Below, one piece after another: positions 1-9,438 of a DNA stretch of 64,000 nucleotides. Source of the stretch: Alphaproteobacteria bacterium (lineage in GTDB: Bacteria; Pseudomonadota; Alphaproteobacteria; MPNO01; UBA830); NCBI GenBank assembly GCA_965243135.1, contig OZ251539.1:4630236-4694235 (forward strand). The letters run 5' to 3'. The position numbers and the translations under genes were made by a program. A model generated the notes under the pieces. It saw nothing but the letters and a program-made list of their open reading frames with translations, was not told the origin of the DNA and did no database searches. How positions within the stretch are numbered: position 1 is the stretch's first letter; the number at the start of each line of letters is the position of its first letter.

Positions 1-1
1 G

Positions 2-814
2 GCGGCCGAGAACTGGTTCCGCAGCCTCCGCGACGAGCTGTGCGCGGCTTTCGAGAAACTGGAGGACGACGCGGCTCCGGACGGCGCGCCGGGCCGCTTC
101 GTCCGCACCGCCTGGGAGCGGCCCGGCGGCGGCGGGGGCGCGATGTCGATCATGCGTGGCGGCGTGTTCGAGAAGGTCGGAGTCAACGTCTCGACCGTGC
201 ACGGCGCGTTTTCCGAAGAGTTCAGAAAGCAGATTCCCGGCGCGGAGGAGGATCCGCGCTTTTGGGCCTCGGGCGTTTCCGTGGTCGCGCACATGCGCTC
301 GCCGTTCGTGCCCGCGGCGCACATGAACACCCGTTTCATCGTCACGACGAAGTCGTGGTTCGGCGGCGGCGCGGACCTTACCCCCGCCTATCCCGAGCCG
401 GACGACGCGGCGGCGTTCCACGGAGCGCTCAAGGCCGCGTGCGACAAGCGCGACCCCGCCTATTACCCGCGCTTCAGCGAGTGGTGCGACGAGTACTTCG
501 ACCTGCCGCACCGCGGCGAGAAGCGCGGGGTCGGCGGCATCTTCTACGACAATCTCGACACCGGAGACTGGGAAGCGGACTTCGCGTTCACCCGCGACGT
601 CGGCAGCGCCTTCCTCGAAGCCTATCCCGGAATCGTGGCGCGGCGGATGCACGCTCCGTGGACCGCCGAACAACGCGAGCACCTCCTCGTCCGCCGCGGC
701 CGTTACGTCGAGTTCAACCTTCTCTACGACCGCGGCACGGCCTTCGGACTCAGGACCGGCGGAAATCCCGAGGCGATCCTGATGTCGCTGCCGCCCGAGG
801 CGAAATGGCCGTAA
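2..814 (+). CDS. hemF: oxygen-dependent coproporphyrinogen III oxidase, 5' end outside window
   Basis: Frame 2 is open from the first base and carries HemF hallmarks ([40 protein letters not shown]). The stop is at 814. Confidence 0.9.
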   Translation, partial: AAENWFRSLRDELCAAFEKLEDDAAPDGAPGRFVRTAWERPGGGGGAMSIMRGGVFEKVGVNVSTVHGAFSEEFRKQIPGAEEDPRFWASGVSVVAHMRSPFVPAAHMNTRFIVTTKSWFGGGADLTPAYPEPDDAAAFHGALKAACDKRDPAYYPRFSEWCDEYFDLPHRGEKRGVGGIFYDNLDTGDWEADFAFTRDVGSAFLEAYPGIVARRMHAPWTAEQREHLLVRRGRYVEFNLLYDRGTAFGLRTGGNPEAILMSLPPEAKWP

Positions 815-827
815 ACCGGGCCCGCCG

Positions 828-2432
828 TCAGGAAGCCTCGATCGCGAACCAACCTTCGCCTCCATCGCGCGCGGCGACGGCCGTTTCCCGGAGTTCGCGG
901 CGCAACACCTTGTTCGCCGCGTTGCGCGGAAACTTTTCGACGAAGGCGTAGGCTTTCGGCCGCTTGAATCGGGCGAGCGCCGAGGCCCGGCAATGGGCGT
1001 CGATCCGCCGCGCAAGCTCGCGGTCCGGCGACGCGCCTTCGGCCGGAATCACGCAGGCGGCGACCATGCTTCCCCACCGCGCGTCCGGCATTCCGATAGC
1101 GCAGGCACCGGCGACCTCCGCGCAGCCGTCGAGAACGGCCTCGACCTCTTCCGGATGGACGCTTTCGCCGCCCGTGCGAATCATGTCGTCCACCCGCCCG
1201 ACCAGGGTGACGTCGCCGTCCGCTCCCTGCACGAACACATCGCCCGTGAAGTACCAACCGCCGCGCAGTTTCTCCGCCGTCGCGTCGGGACGGCCCAGAT
1301 ATTCCGTGAACGCGGTGTCCACGGTCGCATCCACGATCAGTTCGCCTTCCTCCCCGATTTCCGCGAGGTCGCCGGGCCCGTCCCCTCCGAGCCGCGCGAG
1401 GCGGGTGCGCGAGTAATAGCCCGGTCGCAACGCGGCGTGCCGACCGACCGGATCCGGATGGTATAGCGAACACATCGTTTCGGTCGTGCCGTAGATGTGA
1501 CGGACGACCCCGCCCCATTCCCGGTCGATGCGCTCGAGCAGGCCGGGATCGATCGCCGCGCCGCCGTAGAGCGTCAGCTCCATGGAAGCCATTTTCTCCG
1601 GAGCGTAGCCCGCGGACGACATCATCGCCTGAAACATCGTCGGTATGCAGAACGCATAGGTCAGCCGGTCGCGCGCGACCAGATCGACGGCGGCGGAAGG
1701 GTCGAACGCCGGCATGACGAAGTACGTTCCGTTGAACGCGAGCGTCACCAGGAAGAGGGCGTAGAACCCGATGGCGTGGCTGAGCGGCATGCAGCCGAGG
1801 GTCCGGTTGTGCCCGCCGTGACGCAGTCCGACCTGGGCGGCGAGCCAGAGCAATCGCGGTTCGGTGGTCCGGTGAGCGAGAACCACGCCCTTGGGCAGGC
1901 CGGTCGTGCCCGAAGTGTGGAACACGAACGCGACGTCTTCCGCGCCGGGCCGCCGATACGGGCCGAGCGCTGCGCGGTCGCCGCGGCACTCCGCGAAATC
2001 CGTCGCCTGCTCCGTCGCGCCGCCAGCGGACCACACGGGCGCGGCTTCCGGGAAAACGGCGGCGAGGCGCCCGGAAAGGCTCGGGTCCGGCAGGACGACG
2101 GCCGCCTCGACTTCCGCGGCGGCGCACAGCGCGCCGATTTCTTCCGGCTTCATGCGGAAATTGATCAGCACCGGCGCCGCGTTCAGCCGCATGAGGGCGA
2201 GCAGCGCGATGCAATGCTCCCGCGACCCCGGCAGGGCGGTCGCGACGCGGCTGCCGGGTCCGACGCCGCGGGCGGCGAAACCGGCCGCGACCGTCTCGAT
2301 CTCGTCCGCCAGCTCGCCGTAGGAAAGCTCGCGGCCCGCGCCGCGGTCGACGATCGCCGGACGGTTCGGCGTGCGCTCGGCCGCGAGCCGGAAGATTTCG
2401 AAACCGGAATGCATGCCGCCCTCCCCTGGCAT
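828..2432 (-). CDS. AMP-dependent synthetase/ligase, aryl- or acyl-CoA ligase family
   Basis: 534-aa ORF with the AMP-binding motif FHTSGTTGLPKGV and a C-terminal GWYFTGDV...RTGGESV region typical of adenylate-forming CoA ligases. Confidence 0.85.
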   Translation of the reverse strand: MPGEGGMHSGFEIFRLAAERTPNRPAIVDRGAGRELSYGELADEIETVAAGFAARGVGPGSRVATALPGSREHCIALLALMRLNAAPVLINFRMKPEEIGALCAAAEVEAAVVLPDPSLSGRLAAVFPEAAPVWSAGGATEQATDFAECRGDRAALGPYRRPGAEDVAFVFHTSGTTGLPKGVVLAHRTTEPRLLWLAAQVGLRHGGHNRTLGCMPLSHAIGFYALFLVTLAFNGTYFVMPAFDPSAAVDLVARDRLTYAFCIPTMFQAMMSSAGYAPEKMASMELTLYGGAAIDPGLLERIDREWGGVVRHIYGTTETMCSLYHPDPVGRHAALRPGYYSRTRLARLGGDGPGDLAEIGEEGELIVDATVDTAFTEYLGRPDATAEKLRGGWYFTGDVFVQGADGDVTLVGRVDDMIRTGGESVHPEEVEAVLDGCAEVAGACAIGMPDARWGSMVAACVIPAEGASPDRELARRIDAHCRASALARFKRPKAYAFVEKFPRNAANKVLRRELRETAVAARDGGEGWFAIEAS

Positions 2433-2689
2433 TCATGATTTGGCGGACAGGCGAACCGCGCCGCCGCCGCAAGCGGTCGTCGGTGCGCGATCATATGTTC
2501 TTGACGGCGAGAGACAACCGAACCTCGGCGCCGTCGGCCCGAGGCCGGAAATTCCCGGCGGCGGGCGCCGTCCGCGCCGCGGACGAGAGCGGACGCGGCG
2601 ACGCGAAATCCGGCGGCGAAACCTGTGCGGAGCGCCGCGCTTCCGGTCGCCGCCGGTAGAGGGTAGTCTGCCGCCCGGGAGGAACCGCC

Positions 2690-4243
2690 ATGACGCAATC
2701 GGAGACCGGCCTGCGGTCGTGGATTGCGGCGCTCGAAGCGGCCGGCGAATTGCGGCGGGTGAAGGCGCGCGTGGACTGGGACGGAGAAATCGGCGCCGTG
2801 ACGCGCGCCAATCTGGCTCTGGCCGGACCGGCGTTGCTGTTCGAGAACATCCGCGACCACGGCGACACGCTGTGCACCCGCCTGATGACCTGCGGCCTGT
2901 CGACCCGGAAACGCGTCGCCATGATGGCGGGCCTTCCGCCGGACGCGTCCGACAAGGATCTGGTTCGGCACTTCAGGAACCGGTATCGGTCGCCGACGGC
3001 CCCTGTCGTGGTCGACGACGGGCCCGTGAAGGCGCATACGCTGCGCGACAACCAGATCGACCTCGGCCAGTTCCCGGCGCCGCGATGGCACGGCTCCGAC
3101 GGCGGGCGCTACATCGATACGTTCTGCGGCGTCGTCACCCGCGACCCCGAGACCGGGCGCGAAAACGTCGGCCTCTACCGCGGCATGGTGGCGGGGCGCA
3201 ACCGGATCGCCAAGCTGATGGCGCCGACGCAGGGCTGGGGCGGGCATTTCGGAAAGCACCGCGACGCCGGCGAGAGGATGCCGGTCGCGGTGGTGCACGG
3301 CTGGCACGACGCGCTGCCGTTCTGCGCCGGCAGCCCCTTTCCCCGCCGCGTCTGCGAGTGGGACATGATGGGAGCGATTCTCGGAAAGCCCGTCGAGCTG
3401 GTGAAGTGCGAAACCGTCGATCTGCACGTCCCGGCGAGCGCCGAGTTCGTGATCGAGGGGCATATCGATCCGGAGACTTCGGCGATGGAAGGCCCGTTCG
3501 CCGACTACCCGGGCCATCAGGGAGGCAAGCCGGCGCCCAGGCCGGTCCTGGAAATCGACTGCGTCACCCATCGTGACGACCCGATCCTGCGGGGCGCGCT
3601 CGAGGGCGCGCGTCCGGGCCTTCCCAGCGAAGATTCGACCCTCTGCGCCTATTCGTGGTCGGCGATCGCCTGGAACATGCTCGACGACGCCGGCGTGGAC
3701 GGCGTCGTCGACGTCTGGATGCCGCCGGTCGTCACGGGCATGAGCGTCGTCGTCCAGGTTCGCAAGCGCTATCACGGGCATGCGCAGCAGGTCGCCTCCG
3801 CGTTGTGGGGATCGGCGGCCGGCCAGTGGTTTTTCAAGAACGTGACGGTCGTGGAGGAGGACATCGACCTCCGCGACCGCGAGGCGCTCGAATGGGCGAT
3901 GGCGTTCCGGGTCAATGCCGGCGAGGGAGGAATCCAGACCTTCGGCCCGACCTTCGGATCCGTTCTCGACCCTTCGGTCAGAGTCGAGCACGCCGACATC
4001 GCCAAGTACGGAACGGGGCGCTGGACCCGCCTCCTGATTGACGCGACCCGCAACTGGACTTTCGAGCGCAACCCGGATTGGGCCGGCCGGCGCATGGCGC
4101 CTATCGCGGCGATGGATCCGGCGCTCGAGAGCAAGATCGCGAAACGCTGGAAAGAATACGGCATCGGCGTCGACTATCTCGACGAGGACATGCGCGAGCG
4201 CCTCACCCTCGAGAAGCTGCGGATGCGCCTGCCCGAGGCTTGA
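2690..4243 (+). CDS. UbiD-family (prFMN-dependent) decarboxylase
   Basis: 517-aa ORF resembling the UbiD/3-octaprenyl-4-hydroxybenzoate carboxy-lyase family over its whole length. A GGGAGG RBS precedes the ATG. Confidence 0.85.
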   Translation: MTQSETGLRSWIAALEAAGELRRVKARVDWDGEIGAVTRANLALAGPALLFENIRDHGDTLCTRLMTCGLSTRKRVAMMAGLPPDASDKDLVRHFRNRYRSPTAPVVVDDGPVKAHTLRDNQIDLGQFPAPRWHGSDGGRYIDTFCGVVTRDPETGRENVGLYRGMVAGRNRIAKLMAPTQGWGGHFGKHRDAGERMPVAVVHGWHDALPFCAGSPFPRRVCEWDMMGAILGKPVELVKCETVDLHVPASAEFVIEGHIDPETSAMEGPFADYPGHQGGKPAPRPVLEIDCVTHRDDPILRGALEGARPGLPSEDSTLCAYSWSAIAWNMLDDAGVDGVVDVWMPPVVTGMSVVVQVRKRYHGHAQQVASALWGSAAGQWFFKNVTVVEEDIDLRDREALEWAMAFRVNAGEGGIQTFGPTFGSVLDPSVRVEHADIAKYGTGRWTRLLIDATRNWTFERNPDWAGRRMAPIAAMDPALESKIAKRWKEYGIGVDYLDEDMRERLTLEKLRMRLPEA

Positions 4244-4354
4244 CGCGCCGCGGCGGCGTCAGGCCGCCGAGCCGCCGCCTTCGCTTTGCCGGTTGAACGC
4301 CGCGGACGGCAAACGATATGATCAAGCGTCATTCGCAGGAGGGGCAGCTGCGTC

Positions 4355-4859
4355 ATGCACACTTTCGCTATCGCCTTGAACGAGGCGAACCCGGACATCG
4401 TCGAACGCATCGAGGGGAAATACCCGGATCACTACCGGATCACCGACACGTTGTTCTTGGTCGCCGACGACGCCATAGCCGAAAAGGTGGCGACAACGGT
4501 CGGAATCAAGGGCGACGACCGCATCGAGAACGCGCGAGGCGTCGTGTTCAAGCTGAATGGCGCCTATTCGGGCCATTCGTCGCGTTCTCTCTGGGTCTGG
4601 CTCACAGCCGCCGGAAAAAGGACCGCGACCTGGGAAGCGGGCAGCGATTTTCTGCCCAGACCCGACGCCTCGGCAAATTCCTGCGGGGATAGGGGGGGGG
4701 GGCAACGAGACTCGGCTGGCAAGACTGGAGACCCGCACAGAATACCTTGCGACAAAGGAAGACGTCCAAAAGATCAAGGTTTGGGTTTTGATGGGCGCGC
4801 TCGCCGCCGCGGCGATCTGCGCTACCCTTGCGGTCGGGATCTTGAAACTATTGGGGTAG
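4355..4859 (+). CDS. hypothetical small protein with a C-terminal coiled-coil and TM anchor, frame broken at a G11 tract (phase-variable or frameshifted)
   Basis: An ORF with GGAGGGG RBS starts at 4355 in frame 2. The membrane-anchored C-terminus (…KIKVWVLMGALAAAAICATLAVGILKLLG*) is in frame 0 and ends at 4859. The two frames meet at the G run 4692-4702, and a 10-G version fuses them into a 168-aa protein. Confidence 0.45.
4692..4702. repeat. homopolymeric G tract (11 G) inside a coding region
   Basis: ctgcggggat aggggggggg ggcaac. Long G runs are rare in coding DNA and prone to slippage. Confidence 0.9.
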
Positions 4860-6099
4860 CGGCGGCGCCCGCGCTCTTCCGTTCGACGATCTCGCGGAGC
4901 CGGCCGAGGCAGGCCTCGCGATCGGGACCGAAAGCCCGCGCGATCCACCAGTCCTCGACGGCTTCGAGAAACGCGCCCACGGCAGGCCCTTCGGAAACGC
5001 CCGCCTTCATCACGTCGCCGCCGAAGAGCGGAAACCGCGGCGGCGGATCGGCAGCCATGTCCGTCAGTTCCCGCCGGTCGCAGTCCGGCTCGGCGGCTCG
5101 TTCGAGCAACGCCACGTGGCGAAAGACCTCGGCGCCGAGCCGGTAAAGCAAACGCCGGGCGGACGCCGAAGGCATGCCGGGAAAAAGGACTCCCCGATGG
5201 GCGGCCAACGCATCGAGCAGATCCGCCTCGGCGCGCGACATGCGCATCCGCCTCGCGACCCATCGCGCGTCGCGCCGCGACAGCGGCGCCAGCGCCATAA
5301 GACGACGCACCGGTTCGGTTTCGAGGGACGCCGCGCGCTCGATCCGGGCAAGGTCGACGACCGTCCCCAAGCTGCGCGGACCCGGCAAAAGCCTGCCCAG
5401 CACGCCGGCCTCCTCCATAAGGTAGAGCGCCTGCCCGGGCGAAGGCGCCGCCAGGATCCGCCGCATCTCGTACCACGCGCGTTCGCCCGACAGCGCGTCG
5501 AGGCGATCGGCCGCCGCCGCGCACGCGGCGATCGCTCTCTCTTCCGGCGGGCCGCGACCGAACCGCCCGTAAAACCGGAAATACCTCAGGATCCTGAGAC
5601 AATCCTCCGCAATGCGGTCGGCCGGGTCGCCGACGAAACGCACCCGCCCTTTCTTGAGGTCCTCGACTCCCCCGAAGTAGTCGTAAACGCGGCCGGCGCG
5701 ATCGGCCGACAGCGCGTTGATGGTCAGATCGCGGCGCGCCGCATCTTCCTCCCAGTCCGCGGTGAAGCTCACCACCGCCCTGCGGCCGTCGGTCGCGACG
5801 TCTCGGCGCAGCGTCGTGATCTGAACGGCTTGCCCAAAACCCGGCGCCGCCGTGACGGTGCCGTGTTCGATGCCGGTCGGGATCGCCCTTATGCCCGCCT
5901 TCTTCAACAGGCCGAGAACGCGCGAAGGAACTGCGTTCGTGGCCAAATCGTAATCTTCGATCCGGCGGCCCGCTATGGCGTCGCGGACGCAGCCGCCGAC
6001 GAGGCGCACCGCTGCGCCCTCCGCTTCCAGCGCATCGAATACCCGATGGACATCGCCGTCGAACGTCCATTTCACCGGCTCCGCGGCTAGTTCCGCCAC
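4822..6099 (-). CDS. cca: CCA-adding tRNA nucleotidyltransferase / poly(A) polymerase family
   Basis: Polymerase-beta nucleotidyltransferase motifs (GGCVRD, DYDLAT, RRDLTINAL). The likely GTG start is at 6099 and the upstream ORF extension is GC-driven. Confidence 0.8.
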   Translation of the reverse strand: MAELAAEPVKWTFDGDVHRVFDALEAEGAAVRLVGGCVRDAIAGRRIEDYDLATNAVPSRVLGLLKKAGIRAIPTGIEHGTVTAAPGFGQAVQITTLRRDVATDGRRAVVSFTADWEEDAARRDLTINALSADRAGRVYDYFGGVEDLKKGRVRFVGDPADRIAEDCLRILRYFRFYGRFGRGPPEERAIAACAAAADRLDALSGERAWYEMRRILAAPSPGQALYLMEEAGVLGRLLPGPRSLGTVVDLARIERAASLETEPVRRLMALAPLSRRDARWVARRMRMSRAEADLLDALAAHRGVLFPGMPSASARRLLYRLGAEVFRHVALLERAAEPDCDRRELTDMAADPPPRFPLFGGDVMKAGVSEGPAVGAFLEAVEDWWIARAFGPDREACLGRLREIVERKSAGAAATPIVSRSRPQG

Positions 6100-6380
6100 T
6101 CGTGCGTCTCTACGTCGATCGGGCGATAGGGATCTTCCTTGAACATGTCGTGCACGAGCAGGAACGTTCCGATCACCGCCATCATGAGAAGAACGGCCGC
6201 AAGCAGCAGGCGGCCTTTCGGCGCTTCGTCGAAATCCGGCGGCAACTGGTCGCCCGTCGCGGGATCGATCCTGGGCGGCGCGACGAATATCCGCCAGAGA
6301 TACCATGCCGCGTAGGGCGCGATCAGCGGCAAGACCACCAGGAGCAGCAGCCTGATCACGGCGGATCCAGCGCGTCGCAC
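6087..6380 (-). CDS. small two-TM membrane protein (hypothetical)
   Basis: 97-aa ORF with two hydrophobic helices. It sits between the NUDIX gene and cca on the same strand. Confidence 0.5.
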   Translation of the reverse strand: MRRAGSAVIRLLLLVVLPLIAPYAAWYLWRIFVAPPRIDPATGDQLPPDFDEAPKGRLLLAAVLLMMAVIGTFLLVHDMFKEDPYRPIDVETHEWRN

Positions 6381-6946
6381 AGCGCGACGAGAAGCCGCGC
6401 CGTCAGGCCCCAGATATAGAAATCCCCGTAGGGCATCGCATGAAATCTCCTTTCGACGCCTTCCCGAAGCCGAACTTCGGTTCTGTGGTTGCCGCGATCG
6501 AGCACGAAGGCGAGGGGCACTTCGAACACGGCGTCCACCTCCCCGGCGGCCGGCCGCAGCTCGAACGGCGGCCGCGCCAGCCCGACGACCGGCGTGACCC
6601 GGAATCCGGTGCCGGTGACTCGCCGGGCGAGACGGCCAAGGATCTCGATCCGTTCGCGGGCCAGGCCGACCTCCTCCTCGGTCTCGCGCAGCGCGGCGGC
6701 CTCTGGAGAGCCGTCGCCCCGCTCGATCTTGCCGCCCGGAAACGAGATCTGGCCGGCATGCTTTTCCAGATTCCGGGTCCGGCGAGTCAGCAGAATCGTC
6801 GCGCCTTCCGGTCGCGGCACGAGCGGCACGAGCACCGCAGCTTCGACAACCGGCGCGAGACCCGCCTCCGGCGTCTCGTCGAGAGCGACGTCCGCGCAGC
6901 GCAGCGCGGACGCGATCCGCTCGCGAAAGACGCAGCCGTCAGGCAT
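6356..6946 (-). CDS. NUDIX hydrolase, CoA pyrophosphatase (NudL-like)
   Basis: Nudix box GGKIERGDGSPEAAALRETEEEVGL. The family and its position next to cca/DUF1285 match other alphaproteobacteria. Confidence 0.8.
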   Translation of the reverse strand: MPDGCVFRERIASALRCADVALDETPEAGLAPVVEAAVLVPLVPRPEGATILLTRRTRNLEKHAGQISFPGGKIERGDGSPEAAALRETEEEVGLARERIEILGRLARRVTGTGFRVTPVVGLARPPFELRPAAGEVDAVFEVPLAFVLDRGNHRTEVRLREGVERRFHAMPYGDFYIWGLTARLLVALCDALDPP

Positions 6947-7493
6947 CGTCGAGCGCTCCGATCTCGAAGAACGCGCCGCCGCTCCAAACGCCCAGCGTCC
7001 GGCCGGACGATCCGGCCCGCTCCGCGCCGATCTCCACCAGATCGTAGAAGACCGAACGCGAGATCAGCGCTTCGAGGCCGTCCCGGACATGGACGTAGGG
7101 CGACGGCTCTCCCGTCGCCGCGTCGGTTTCCACGCGAATCGGATGGTCGCGGCCCGCCGCGACTTCCTCGTCCAGATTAGTCAGAAAAGCGACGATCTGG
7201 TCCCGGCCGCTCCCCTTGACGGTCATGCCGACGGCCGTGAACGGCGCGTCCTCGACCCGTATCCGGCACATCTCGGCCGGCGTGATCAACCAGAATTCGC
7301 CGGATTCGTCGCGCCGCAGCACGGACGCGAACAGACGGACGAGAGATTTTCGACCGATGGGCGATCCCATGTAGTACCATGTCCCGTCGCGGGCGATCCG
7401 CATGTCGATGTCGCCGCACATCTGCGGACCGCCGGACCGCGGCCTGCGTTGTCCAAGCGAACGTTCGAGTTTATCAAGAGAGCCGACCTGCAT
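6939..7493 (-). CDS. DUF1285 family protein
   Basis: 184-aa ORF resembling the conserved DUF1285 proteins found beside CoA pyrophosphatase in alphaproteobacteria. Confidence 0.65.
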   Translation of the reverse strand: MQVGSLDKLERSLGQRRPRSGGPQMCGDIDMRIARDGTWYYMGSPIGRKSLVRLFASVLRRDESGEFWLITPAEMCRIRVEDAPFTAVGMTVKGSGRDQIVAFLTNLDEEVAAGRDHPIRVETDAATGEPSPYVHVRDGLEALISRSVFYDLVEIGAERAGSSGRTLGVWSGGAFFEIGALDDA

Positions 7494-7528
7494 GAGATCA
7501 AGTTACTACCCCTGCACGGAGGTTTGAA

Positions 7529-8536
7529 GTGACCGAAATCCCGAGCGCGGCAACGGACGCGGAACGACCGGTCGCCGAGATCGAGGCCCTCGGTCGAAGG
7601 ATGGACGCCGTCCGGCAGAACATCGGGCGCGTCATTTTCGGCCAGCGCGAGGCGGTCGACCAGACGCTCATCACCATCCTCGCGGGCGGGCACGCGCTGT
7701 TCGTGGGCTATCCGGGGCTCGGCAAGACGCGGCTCGTGGAAACGCTGGGCGCAGTGCTGGGCCTCCAGTCGCGCCGCATCCAGTTCACCCCCGACCTGAT
7801 GCCGCCGGATATCCTGGGATCCGAAGTTCTGGAAGAGGACGATTCCGGCCGCCGCTCGTTTCGTTTCATACGCGGCCCCGTGTTCAGCCAGCTTCTGATG
7901 GCCGACGAAATCAACCGCGCGAGCCCGCGCACCCAGTCGGCGCTCCTTCAGGCGATGCAGGAATACCGCGTATCCGTCGCCGGACAGGACCACGTTCTCG
8001 ACCCGCCGTTCCACGTGCTTGCAACCCAGAACCCCATCGAGCTCGAGGGAACCTATCCGCTGCCCGAGGCGCAGCTCGACCGTTTCCTGCTGCAGGTCGA
8101 CATCGGCTATCCGGACGAGTCGGCGGAAAAGCAGATGTTGATCGCCACGACCGGCGTCGAACAGGCGAGCGCCGACCAGGTTCTGTCCGCGGCGGATCTC
8201 GTCGCGGCCCAGCGCCTCGTCCGCATGGTTCCGGTCGGCGATTCCGTGGTGACGGCGATCCTCAAGCTGGTCCGCGCAGGGCGCCCCGACGAGTCCGACG
8301 ACCCGACGATTCGCGACAGCCTGTCCTGGGGTCCCGGACCGCGCGCAAGCCAGGCGTTGATGCTGGCGATCCGGGCGCGGGCGCTTCTGGACGGGAGATT
8401 CGCGCCCTCCGTCGACGACGTGATCGCCCTTGCCCCGTCCGTCCTGCGGCACCGCATGGCGTTGACGTTCTCGGCGCGCGCCGACGGAATCACCATCGAC
8501 CAAATCATCTCGCGCCTTTGCGGGCTGCTCGCGTGA
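7529..8536 (+). CDS. MoxR-family AAA+ ATPase
   Basis: Walker A GYPGLGKT, Walker B LLMADEINRA and a MoxR-like C-terminus. Confidence 0.9.
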   Translation: MTEIPSAATDAERPVAEIEALGRRMDAVRQNIGRVIFGQREAVDQTLITILAGGHALFVGYPGLGKTRLVETLGAVLGLQSRRIQFTPDLMPPDILGSEVLEEDDSGRRSFRFIRGPVFSQLLMADEINRASPRTQSALLQAMQEYRVSVAGQDHVLDPPFHVLATQNPIELEGTYPLPEAQLDRFLLQVDIGYPDESAEKQMLIATTGVEQASADQVLSAADLVAAQRLVRMVPVGDSVVTAILKLVRAGRPDESDDPTIRDSLSWGPGPRASQALMLAIRARALLDGRFAPSVDDVIALAPSVLRHRMALTFSARADGITIDQIISRLCGLLA

Positions 8537-9438
8537 AAACGCCCAGGCCCGCCGTCAACCCGACGTTGGCGCCGGCCAGGATCCGCCGCCGCGCCGAAGA
8601 AGCCGCATCTCATCTTCCGCCTCTGCTGGTCAAGGCGGAACGCGTCGCGACGATCGTCGCCCAAGGAGTCCACGGTCGCCGCCGGGCGGGAGTCGGCGAC
8701 GCCTTCTGGCAATACCGCCGCTATCAGCCGGGGGATCCGGTGCAGAGCATCGACTGGCGCCAGTCGGCCAAGGCGCAGGTGGCCTATGTCCGCGAAAACG
8801 AGTGGGAAGCCGCCCAGAACGTCTATCTTTGGGTCGACCGGTCGCGGTCCATGAGCTGGCATTCCCACCCCGACCTGCCGACCAAAGCGGCGCGCGCGGC
8901 GGTGCTGACGCTGGCGCTCGCGTCGCTGCTGGTCCGGGGCGGAGAACGGATCGCCTTGCTCGGCGGGGGACGGCCCGCCACCGGCCGCGCCGTGCTTTCG
9001 CGCCTGGCGGTCGAGTTGTCCCGGGAGACCGGCGGGCAGCCCGGCCTGCCGTCCGTCGAAGGCCTGCGCCGTCACGGCCGGCTTGTCCTGGTCGGCGACA
9101 TGCTGCATCCGGTGGAGGAAATAGAACCGGTCATTCGACGCTTTTCCGCGGACGGACACTGCGGCCACGTCGTTGAGATCCGCGATCCCGCGGAGGAAGC
9201 GCTCCCTTTCTCCGGACGCACGAGATTCGAAGGGCTCGAAGGGGAAGGAGCGGCGCTTCTCGGCCGCGTCGAATCCGTCCGCGGCGAATATGCCGGCCTC
9301 GTGGCGGCGAATCGCCGCGCGCTGGCCGACGCCTGCAGAGCGAACGGCTGGTCGTTTTCGCTCAACCGGACGGACCAGCCCGTCGAACCCTCGCTGCTCG
9401 CGCTGCACATGACGCTGTCGGAGATGGAGCGCATGTAG
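8518..9438 (+). CDS. DUF58 (VWA-like) protein partner of MoxR
   Basis: 306-aa ORF with a TTG start overlapping the MoxR stop, in the conserved MoxR-DUF58 order. Confidence 0.8.
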   Translation: MRAARVKTPRPAVNPTLAPARIRRRAEEAASHLPPLLVKAERVATIVAQGVHGRRRAGVGDAFWQYRRYQPGDPVQSIDWRQSAKAQVAYVRENEWEAAQNVYLWVDRSRSMSWHSHPDLPTKAARAAVLTLALASLLVRGGERIALLGGGRPATGRAVLSRLAVELSRETGGQPGLPSVEGLRRHGRLVLVGDMLHPVEEIEPVIRRFSADGHCGHVVEIRDPAEEALPFSGRTRFEGLEGEGAALLGRVESVRGEYAGLVAANRRALADACRANGWSFSLNRTDQPVEPSLLALHMTLSEMERM

